DNA of 52,166 nt from Planctomycetota bacterium (GTDB lineage Bacteria; Planctomycetota; Phycisphaerae; FEN-1346), in NCBI GenBank assembly GCA_026387035.1, contig JAPLMM010000262.1, positions 1-52,166 on the forward strand, in the 5' to 3' direction. How positions within the stretch are numbered: position 1 is the stretch's first letter; every line of letters begins with the position of its first letter. The notes below the pieces were generated by a model that worked only from the letters and a program-made list of their open reading frames with translations, did no database searches and was not told the DNA's origin. Positions 26,201 to 33,773 of the stretch are shown here, piece after piece. The translations under genes and the position numbers were made by a program.

Positions 26201-27173
26201 CCTTCGCGTACTTGTCCGTCGATTCGAACGCCGGGCCGGAAATAATGAGCGGCGTCCGCGCCTCGTCAACCAGCACCGAGTCGCACTCGTCCACGATGGC
26301 GTACGCCAATTCGCCCTGGACCTGTTCGGCCCGGCTGGTCTTCATGTTGTCGCGCAGGTAATCGAAGCCGAACTCGTTGTTCGTCCCGTACGTGATGTCG
26401 CACGCGTACTGGGGTTTGCGCTCGTGGCTGTCCATGCCGGCCTGGATCGCGCCGACCGAGAGGCCGAGGCGGCGGAAGATCGGCTCGTTCCACTCCCGCC
26501 CCACGCGCACCAGGTAATCGTTTGTCGAGACGATGTGCACCGGCCGGCCGGCCAGCGCGTTCAGGTACACCGCCAGCGACGCCACCAGCGTCTTCCCCTC
26601 GCCGGTGGCCATCTCCGCGATCTTGCCCTCGTGCAACACCATCGCCCCGATGAGTTGCACGTCGTACGGCCGCATGCCGTAGAGGCCGAACGTCTCGATG
26701 GGCTTGCCGGTCGAAGAGTCCAGGAGGCTCGCCTCGCCGCGCATCGCCAGGCGGATCTGCCCCTGGATCTCGGGATGATAATCCGGCGGCGCCTCCGCGT
26801 GTCCGAGCCAGACCGTCCGCTTCGCCACCTCCCGCGCGGCGGCAAACGCCTCCGGCAAAAGGGGGTCCAGGTACCCGTTGATGAGGCCGCGCAATTCCGT
26901 TCGCAGCCGCTTCTGTTCCTGCTGGTCGGTCGCCGCGGCGATCCGCTGGTTGTACGAGCGGCAGATGCGGGCGATTTCGTCGCACGGCAGGCGCGACCGC
27001 AATTCGTCCGTCTTCGCCCGAAGTGCCTCGTCCGTCAGCCGCTGGAACTCCGGCTCCAGCGCGTTGACCCGATCCACCGTCTCCCGGTAGGCGCGCAGCA
27101 ACCGCTCGTTGCGCGACCCGAAGATCGCGCGCGCCACTCGCCCGAAGATTTCACCGACGATTTCCAGTGCCAT
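23229..27173 (-). CDS. secA: preprotein translocase ATPase SecA (unusually long, 1314 aa)
   Basis: Motifs: Walker A [8 protein letters not shown], DEAD-like [31 protein letters not shown] and [46 protein letters not shown]. The C-terminal zinc finger is [19 protein letters not shown]. Confidence 0.95.
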   Translation of the reverse strand: [1314 protein letters not shown]

Positions 27174-27215
27174 TCCGTGGTCCGTCCTGCGCCGCTATGA
27201 CCGCCTGAAGCGGCG

Positions 27216-27245
27216 ATTATACACAGGCTTGAGCGAAAGCGTCAA
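27216..27245 (-). promoter_or_regulatory. sigma70-like promoter for secA
   Basis: On the minus strand: TTGACG (rc of 27240-27245), an 18-nt spacer, then TATAAT (rc of 27216-27221). It lies about 40 nt upstream of the secA ATG. Confidence 0.45.
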
Positions 27246-27374
27246 TGCGGCGCCGCGATTGGCCTCGGCCGCGCACGGCCTCCGCCCAGGCCGCTTGACC
27301 CCACCGCTTCCAGGCGTTACTGTATGCATGGATAGTTATCCCTGTCCGTTTCGCCACAGGCGGGAGGCGACGCG

Positions 27375-29084
27375 ATGCGAAAAGCATGCGGTGCGGTCCT
27401 CGTGGCGTGGATGGCGGTTCTCCTGGCGGGCGTGGCGTCGGCCGCCGCGCCACCCGGGAAGCCGTCGGCCCTGGAACCGCCCAAGACCGCCAAGGAACTG
27501 GAGCAGGTTCTCCTCGAAAAGGCCGGCGCGGGGACCCTGACCGACGAGGTCCTTGTGCTCTTTAGGCAGTATGCCGACGCCCGCGCCCGCGAGCGGTTCG
27601 TCCCCGCCACCGTTCCGGAAGATTTTTGGACCTGGGTCGCCTCCGACAAACTCGTCCACGACGCCCTGCTCGTCGAACTTCATCCGAAGTACGAGCCCGG
27701 CATCCCCGCCGCGCTCAAGGCCCTGCGCGACAGGTTCGGAAAGGACCTCGACAGCCACAAGCATCTCGCCCTCGTCTTCGCGGTTGTCCACGGCCGCGCG
27801 CCCAAGAAAAAGGGAGGCGATGCCGCGCCCTCCTGCGAGGAATCCTTCGACTGGTACCTCAAGCACGAGCCGCAGATGAAGGTCTCCCTGAAGACGACGC
27901 CCTGGCTCCTGCTGGCGTACGTCGCGGACAACAAGGTCTCCATCGCCGAACGCCAGTGGGCGCTCGAGAACTACGGCGCCGCCCGCGCGCTCGAGAAAAT
28001 CTATTACGACGTCCCCTACGATATGAGCAAGGTGGGCGGCCCGGGCAGGATTGCCGGCCATCCCTACACCCTTCCCAACATCCGGGCGTACGGCGGCGTA
28101 TGTTCCGACCGGGCCTATTTCGCCGCGCACGTCCTGAAGTCCATGGGCGTGCCGAGCATGTCCGACGTCGGCGAGGGGCAGCGCGGCGGCCACGCCTGGC
28201 TCGCCTGGGTCGGACGCCAGGGACAGGGCGTCGACCTCCTCTTCTCTGGACGCTTCGACTACGACAAGTATTACCGCGGACTCGTCCAGTGCCCCGTCGA
28301 ACGCAAGAGGATCCTCGACCGCGAGGTGCAACTCTTGACCGCGGCCATCGGCAGGTCCTACGACGGCCTGCTCGACGCCCGCTTCGCCTGCCACCTCTAT
28401 GACATGTGCCCCGCCGACTCGCGCAAAAGCGCCGTCGGCCTCCTCGACGGCGCCATCCGCCGCAATCCCTACTGCCCGGGCATCTGGCGACGGCTCGCCG
28501 ACGCCGTCGTCGCCGGCGTCCTCACCCAGGACGAGGGAGAAAAATACTTCGACCTCATGTTCAAGGCCTACGCCCAGTACCCCGATCTGACATTTGAGGT
28601 CCTCGAAAAGGTCCTCCAGCCTCGCTTTGCCGCCGGGCCCCAGACGCCCCAGAAAGAAATCACCCGCAACCTTAACCTCCTCGAAAGCGCGTTCCAGATT
28701 TACGAGAAGTGCCAGCGCCCCGACCTCTCTGTCAAACTCCGCGGGCTCCAGGGGGCCTACCTCGAGGCCGTCGGACAGAAGGACAAGGCCCTCAAACTCT
28801 ACGTCCTCGCCTCCGAGCGATACGTCGCCGACCACTACGGCTTCGTGGACCTCTTCGACCGCGCCCTTGCCCTCATGGACGATGTGCCGATGCGCCTCAA
28901 GTATCTCCAGATGGTTGCCGAGAAGGTCCCCGAATACCAGAGCGACTTCAACCGTCAGGCTGGGCAGCAGAACCCCGTTTTCGTCCACGTTGTCAAGGCC
29001 TATGCCAAAGCGCTCCGCGCGGCAGGCAACGAAGCCGAAGCCGCTCGATGGGAGGGACGCATTGCCTCCGACAAGGCCAAGTAG
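27375..29084 (+). CDS. secreted transglutaminase-like cysteine protease-fold protein with helical-repeat C-terminus
   Basis: Signal peptide MRKACGAVLVAWMAVLLAGVASAAA. The transglutaminase core has Cys in YGGVCSDRAYFAAHVLKSMGVP, His in GGHAWLAWV and a downstream Asp. The C-terminal third looks TPR-like. Confidence 0.65.
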   Translation: MRKACGAVLVAWMAVLLAGVASAAAPPGKPSALEPPKTAKELEQVLLEKAGAGTLTDEVLVLFRQYADARARERFVPATVPEDFWTWVASDKLVHDALLVELHPKYEPGIPAALKALRDRFGKDLDSHKHLALVFAVVHGRAPKKKGGDAAPSCEESFDWYLKHEPQMKVSLKTTPWLLLAYVADNKVSIAERQWALENYGAARALEKIYYDVPYDMSKVGGPGRIAGHPYTLPNIRAYGGVCSDRAYFAAHVLKSMGVPSMSDVGEGQRGGHAWLAWVGRQGQGVDLLFSGRFDYDKYYRGLVQCPVERKRILDREVQLLTAAIGRSYDGLLDARFACHLYDMCPADSRKSAVGLLDGAIRRNPYCPGIWRRLADAVVAGVLTQDEGEKYFDLMFKAYAQYPDLTFEVLEKVLQPRFAAGPQTPQKEITRNLNLLESAFQIYEKCQRPDLSVKLRGLQGAYLEAVGQKDKALKLYVLASERYVADHYGFVDLFDRALALMDDVPMRLKYLQMVAEKVPEYQSDFNRQAGQQNPVFVHVVKAYAKALRAAGNEAEAARWEGRIASDKAK

Positions 29085-29090
29085 CGCCGC

Positions 29091-31298
29091 CTACCGGCCT
29101 GGCGCGAAGGCGACCGTGGCTTCCTGGGTCCCGAGCGGCAGCAGAAAGTCACCGTCGCCCACCGCCTTGAGCGTCTTGCCGGCAACCTTCACCTCGGCCT
29201 TGAGCGACTTGGGCAGACGCAGGACGAACCCCTGGGCCGGCGCCGCCTTGCCCGTCAGGACGAGCGTCGCGCCGCCGTCGGTCGGTTTCCACGCGAACGA
29301 GCACGGCCCGAAGTACGTCGGCAGTCCCGCGACGGCGATGGGCTCCTTGCCCGTGAGCCACTCCTGCGGCAAGCCGCCCAGGAGGACCAGCCGGTCACCG
29401 TCCTCAAACAGGAGGGCGTCGCGCAGGAGGAGCCACATCTCGGCAATCGCCCAGCCGTGCGGCATGGCGACGGAGGGGTTCCACGTGGTGCGTGCGAAGC
29501 CCCAGCCGCCGGAGCCGCTCTTGCCGCCCTCATCAAACGCGTACCAGCCGCGCATCTGCTCGTGGTCGAGGTGCGAGGCGATGGTTGCGGCGGCGGCGTC
29601 GCGGCTCCCCGCCAGCAGGCCCTGGTGGGCCGTCGCCAGCGGGAAGTACCGCCAGCCGCCCGGCTTCTGGCCGCCCACCTTCTTGAATCGCTCGTAGGCC
29701 GGGCCCTCGGCCACCGGGTACAGCCTGCACGGCCAGAGGACGCAGTAACTGCCGTACCCTTTGCCCAGGTCGGCGGCGAACCGCGCATCGTAGGCCGCCA
29801 GGAGCGAGTCCGCCAAGGCCGAGAAGTCGCCCGCATCCTTCTCCTCGCCCATCGCCTGGGCCAGGGCCGCCGCACGCCAGAGGCCCGCGATGTCGAACGC
29901 CTCGGTGTACTCCGGGTGCGTGCCGTCGCAGCGGCCGGGCTCCAGTTTCTGCCGTTCCTCCTTGGGCAGGGCGTCGCCGAACTTGAGGCTCGTGGGGCTG
30001 ACCCAGTGCGGCCCGGGCGTGGTGCGGTAATACTTGATCATGGCCGCCAGTTTCCGGACGCCCGGGTACACGCGGCGCAGCCACTCTTTGTCGCGCGCCA
30101 GCATCCAGTGCTCGCCCAGAAGCCAGAGAATCTGGCCGGGGTTGTCGGCCTCCGGGTACACGCGGCCGTTGAAGGGGTGGGCGAGGAAGTAGTCGATGGC
30201 CTTGGCCGCAAGGTCAAACTGGCCGGACTTCTGGAGGATGTTGGCCGTGTACACGCCGTCGCGGTTGAAGACGTTGTAGTTGACGACCGCCACGTCCGGC
30301 GCGCCGTCGTTCATGGCGATGGCGGCGTGGGCGACGATGGCCCGCAGCGCCTCTCCCCACCGCGGGTCGGGAACGGCGACGCTGGTCAGCCCCAGAAGGC
30401 CCTTCCAGTACGAATCGGCGTCCTCGACTAGTTGCCGCACCTGCAGTCGGCGATAGAAGTCCAACCCCGGGTCCGGCTGGAGGCTACCGCCGTCCGGCGG
30501 GTTCGGCTTTGCAAGGTCCAACTGGGCCCACTGGCTCTTGCCGTCCCACTCGTGCGCGACCGCCCGGCGCCCGGGCAGCACGGGGCAGATGAAACCTATC
30601 GACGGCGCGGCCGTGACGGTCTGGAGGTCAAAGCACAACGCACCGGAGCAGTCGCCGGTTTCCGACTTCGCCACCTTGTCCGTGGGCATCTTGCACTCCA
30701 TGGCCAGGTTGCCGATGGTATCGGTCGGGAGGACGCCCGCAGCCATGGGTTTCGTCAGGGCCACGAGCGCCGGGTGGCCGTCCACCAGCAGCGCGTCGCC
30801 CTCGTCGCTGACGGCCAGTTGGCGGACCGGTCCGCCCGCAGGGCCGAGCGGGCGCAGCGCGGCGTACAGGCGGCCTCTCCCCGTGCTGACCGAGACGAAC
30901 GCGGCAACGACGTGCACCTCCCCGGCAGGCGAGGCGCACCGGGAGTGCAGCAAGGCCGTCCGCCCTTCGACGTTCCCCATGCGCCACGTGATTTCAGGCA
31001 GGGGATACCCGTCGGGGCCAAGGCTGTGCCCGCACTGCGCGCCGTCCATTGTCGGGGCGCGGAGTTTCTTCGTCTCCGGGTCGTAGACCCAGAAGTAGAT
31101 GCCGTACGTGGCGAAGCCGGGCGAGAAGTTGCCCTCGGCCTCGACGAACGTTTTGAGCGAGTCCAGCGTGTTCGGGATGCCGATGGGGATGTGGATTGTG
31201 CCGCGCGGGTCCAGCGGTCCGCGCGCGGCGACCGGCTCGGCCGCGAAGGCGCACAGGGGCGCGAGGCAGACGAGCACGGCGGTAATCCAGTGGCTCAC
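29091..31298 (-). CDS. secreted hypothetical protein, possibly (alpha/alpha)6 six-hairpin glycosidase-like
   Basis: I placed the start at GTG 31298 (SD AGGAAAGGGG upstream), giving MSHWITAVLVCLAPLCAFAAEP as a signal peptide. The C-terminal 450 aa has helical-repeat blocks (DYFLAHPFNG, LWLLGEHW, MPHGWAIAEMW). The 178 upstream codons of the listed ORF are not protein-like. Confidence 0.5.
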   Translation of the reverse strand: MSHWITAVLVCLAPLCAFAAEPVAARGPLDPRGTIHIPIGIPNTLDSLKTFVEAEGNFSPGFATYGIYFWVYDPETKKLRAPTMDGAQCGHSLGPDGYPLPEITWRMGNVEGRTALLHSRCASPAGEVHVVAAFVSVSTGRGRLYAALRPLGPAGGPVRQLAVSDEGDALLVDGHPALVALTKPMAAGVLPTDTIGNLAMECKMPTDKVAKSETGDCSGALCFDLQTVTAAPSIGFICPVLPGRRAVAHEWDGKSQWAQLDLAKPNPPDGGSLQPDPGLDFYRRLQVRQLVEDADSYWKGLLGLTSVAVPDPRWGEALRAIVAHAAIAMNDGAPDVAVVNYNVFNRDGVYTANILQKSGQFDLAAKAIDYFLAHPFNGRVYPEADNPGQILWLLGEHWMLARDKEWLRRVYPGVRKLAAMIKYYRTTPGPHWVSPTSLKFGDALPKEERQKLEPGRCDGTHPEYTEAFDIAGLWRAAALAQAMGEEKDAGDFSALADSLLAAYDARFAADLGKGYGSYCVLWPCRLYPVAEGPAYERFKKVGGQKPGGWRYFPLATAHQGLLAGSRDAAAATIASHLDHEQMRGWYAFDEGGKSGSGGWGFARTTWNPSVAMPHGWAIAEMWLLLRDALLFEDGDRLVLLGGLPQEWLTGKEPIAVAGLPTYFGPCSFAWKPTDGGATLVLTGKAAPAQGFVLRLPKSLKAEVKVAGKTLKAVGDGDFLLPLGTQEATVAFAPGR

Positions 31299-31328
31299 GA
31301 CGGCCCCTTTCCTACGTTTGAAGCCTCT

Positions 31329-31462
31329 AACAGAATGAACGCGGAGAACGCAGAGGAGGCAGAGATCGCAGAGAAAAGGAACAGGCACCAGTTGTTCAAC
31401 AAGAAAAACCTCTCTGTGCTCTCTCCGTGATCTCCGCGTCCTCTGCGTTAAGGTCTTTCTGT
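31329..31462. repeat. long imperfect palindrome built from inverted 9-bp tandem arrays (AACGCGGAG AACGCAGAG GAGGCAGAG ATCGCAGAG ... TCTCTGTGC TCTCTCCGT GATCTCCGC GTCCTCTGC)
   Basis: Left array 31338-31373 and right array 31411-31449 are reverse-complement related. The flanks AACAGAA / TTCTGTT also pair. The element is intergenic. Confidence 0.8.
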
Positions 31463-31471
31463 TCGAGTGTC

Positions 31472-31915
31472 TTACTCGCTCGCGACCGTGACCGCGGCGA
31501 CGTAAGCGGCCTCCCACGACCAGCCGGTCGGCTGGTTGACGATCTCGACGGTGACGGTCTTGCCGGCCAGGGGCGAGAGGTCCACGTCCTCCGTCATCCA
31601 CTTGCCGCTCGCGTCGGCCGAGTTCACGGCCACGGTCTTTTTGAGGAGTTCCTTGCCGTCGGCCCGCACGATAAGGTCGAAGTCGCCGCGCGGGTCGTTC
31701 GCCACCACCAGGTGCAGGACAGTCTTCTTGCCCGCGGGCACCTCGACCTTCTTTGAGAGCACGCAGCCGGTCTCGCGGTTCAAGGGGTGCGTCATGAGGA
31801 CATTCTTCCGGCCGCACCATCGCCCGACGCACTTCCTCAAATAAGAAGCGCCGGTTTCCTTACGGTTGACCGGCGCCCCGACTCGACGGCGCTCCCCGGA
31901 GGGAGCGGTGCGCAT
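31472..31915 (-). CDS. small hypothetical protein with a beta-sandwich-like C-terminal domain (start uncertain)
   Basis: ATG 31915 lies 2 nt after the stop of the upstream ADP-ribosylglycohydrolase gene. The C-terminal ~105 aa (NVLMTHPLNRETGCVLSKKVEVPAGKKTVLHLVVANDPRGDFDLIVRADGKELLKK...VEIVNQPTGWSWEAAYVAAVTV) look like a genuine folded domain. The N-terminal ~35 aa are Arg-rich and doubtful. Confidence 0.5.
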   Translation of the reverse strand: MRTAPSGERRRVGAPVNRKETGASYLRKCVGRWCGRKNVLMTHPLNRETGCVLSKKVEVPAGKKTVLHLVVANDPRGDFDLIVRADGKELLKKTVAVNSADASGKWMTEDVDLSPLAGKTVTVEIVNQPTGWSWEAAYVAAVTVASE

Positions 31916-31917
31916 TT

Positions 31918-33186
31918 CTACTTTTTCTCTTGTCCTTGCCCGGCCTTGATCTTCTCCATCTCCTCCGGCGTGAACTTCGAGCCGGCGGCGGCCCCCGGCT
32001 CCCAGCACCGTTCCAGTGCCCCCGGCTTCGGCGCCTGGACTGGAATGACGAAGACCTCTTTGCCTCCGGCCTCCTTCTCGACCCGTCCGCCGGCCCGAAT
32101 CACCGCCTGCCTCGCGAGTTTCTCGCACGTCGCCACGAGGCCGGGGAACGTGTAAGGCGTGTGGCTGAATTTGCCCTCGGGATTCAGCGCCGACTTGTAC
32201 GCGTCGGGCAGTTTCTCGAACCCGATGGTCGTAAAAAGGATCCCCCCGGTGTTGGAAGGGTTGCAATCGGAGTCCTGCCCCGAGCGGCAGGCGATCCGGA
32301 TTGACTGGTCCGGGTCGCCCTTGCCGTACAGGAGGCCCAGGATGATGTAGGCCCCGTTGAGTTTGGCGTCGATGCTAAAGGTCCCCGGGCCGCCCGGCTT
32401 GCTGCAGAGCCCGTGCGTGTACTTCGGGTCCTTGTGGTACTTGTCCTCCACGAGTTGCCACGTTTTGGTCCAGTCGTCCGGGTTCTCTTCGTGCCACTTC
32501 AGGACGTCGCGGACCATCTCGGCGTACTGGCTCTCGGCGGGAATGCACCGGAGGCCGGCCCGGACGACCTCCGCGAGGTCGGTCTCGAAGAAGGCCTCCG
32601 TGTACATGCCGCCGACGAACTGGCCGCCGTACAGGCCGTCGCCGTAGTTCATCAGGCGTCCGAACTTCTCGCCCAATTCGATCGCGACGTTCGGAAGCCC
32701 CGGCGCGATGAGGCCGCTGTAGTCCGCCTCGATCTGGTAATCGATGTCGTCGGCGTGCTTGTTGAACTGGGGATGGCCCGAATCCGGCGGCGCGATGCCG
32801 CCCCGAAGGTTGGTTCGCCCGGCGTTGTTCGCGTGCCACAGCGGATACCCCGACTTCGCAAAGTCGATGCCCGCCTGGCGCACCGAAACGTCCAGCCCGT
32901 GCTGTTCCAGCGTCCCCAGGAACGTCATCTCGACGTAGATATCATCCTGGTTGAACTGGTTGATCATGCCGGGGTTCCATTTCGGCATCCGCTCCTCGGG
33001 CATGATGGCACCCTTGAACTTGAACTCGGTCGGGCCGCCCTGGCCGACGCCGGCCATCTGCCCGATCCATCCCGCCTTCATTCGGTTCACGTACTCTTGG
33101 ACGGCGAGGCGCCGCTCCGTGGGCGGCGCCGCCGCGGCTGTCCCGGCCATGACGAGGACTGCGAGGAACGATGTGACTCTGCGCAT
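31918..33186 (-). CDS. secreted ADP-ribosylglycohydrolase-family protein
   Basis: I placed the start at ATG 33186 (SD AAAGGAG). The signal peptide is MRRVTSFLAVLVMAGTAAA. ARH-type blocks are present (DDIYVEMTF, DIDYQIEADYSG, NYGDGLYGGQF, GQDSDCNPSNTGG). Confidence 0.75.
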   Translation of the reverse strand: MRRVTSFLAVLVMAGTAAAAPPTERRLAVQEYVNRMKAGWIGQMAGVGQGGPTEFKFKGAIMPEERMPKWNPGMINQFNQDDIYVEMTFLGTLEQHGLDVSVRQAGIDFAKSGYPLWHANNAGRTNLRGGIAPPDSGHPQFNKHADDIDYQIEADYSGLIAPGLPNVAIELGEKFGRLMNYGDGLYGGQFVGGMYTEAFFETDLAEVVRAGLRCIPAESQYAEMVRDVLKWHEENPDDWTKTWQLVEDKYHKDPKYTHGLCSKPGGPGTFSIDAKLNGAYIILGLLYGKGDPDQSIRIACRSGQDSDCNPSNTGGILFTTIGFEKLPDAYKSALNPEGKFSHTPYTFPGLVATCEKLARQAVIRAGGRVEKEAGGKEVFVIPVQAPKPGALERCWEPGAAAGSKFTPEEMEKIKAGQGQEKK

Positions 33187-33353
33187 GGTAACTCCTTTCG
33201 TTTGAAATGCCTTCGGTCTGTTCTCCTGTCGCCCCATGGAACCCGCGGGCCGATCCGAAGTTCCGGCGATTCCCGCCGCCTGCCGATTCCTTTGACTTTG
33301 CCGCGCCCGTGGCCGATTCTACAGACGCCGCGAGGGGAATGCAAGGAATTGCC

Positions 33354-33773
33354 ATGACCACCGCACTGGTGTGGGGCCTGAAGGCCGTCGGAATCGTCCT
33401 CGCGACCGGATTCTGCTTCCGGGTCGCCGCAGGGATGGTCCACGTCGAGGGCGCGACCTTCGGCCGGGCGATGCTGAGCGCCCTTTTCTCGGCGATCGTC
33501 GCCGCCGCCGTCGCCGCCATCGTCTTCATCCTGACGGTGGAGGTGGTTCCCGGCCGGCCGGACCTGGCGCCCTGGATATACTGGCTCGGCCTGGTGCTGG
33601 TGATCACCGTCTCGGTCGCCGTGCTCCGAAATGGGTTCAGCATAACGTTCGGGAAGGCGGCGGCGGTGTGGTGTGCGGCGATGGGCCTGGCCGCCCTGCT
33701 CGCGGTGCTTCTCGTGCCGGCATGGCCCTCCTTGGCCGAGTGGCTCGAGCGCCTCGTCCCGACGGCCGTCTAG
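33354..33773 (+). CDS. small hypothetical membrane protein (about 4 TM helices)
   Basis: Hydrophobic ORF (MTTALVWGLKAVGIVLATGF...). I chose ATG 33354 because AAGGA lies 6 nt upstream. Its TAG stop overlaps the stop of the convergent ATPase gene (CTAG at 33770-33773). Confidence 0.55.
   Translation: MTTALVWGLKAVGIVLATGFCFRVAAGMVHVEGATFGRAMLSALFSAIVAAAVAAIVFILTVEVVPGRPDLAPWIYWLGLVLVITVSVAVLRNGFSITFGKAAAVWCAAMGLAALLAVLLVPAWPSLAEWLERLVPTAV

Noticed and set aside
33770-33773. Convergent genes (the small membrane protein and the P-type ATPase) share overlapping stop codons in the palindrome CTAG. The convergent pair at 29084/29091 is only 6 bp apart.
   Set aside because: This shows tight packing without terminators, which is a curiosity. 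Nothing indicates a regulatory role beyond possible transcriptional interference.
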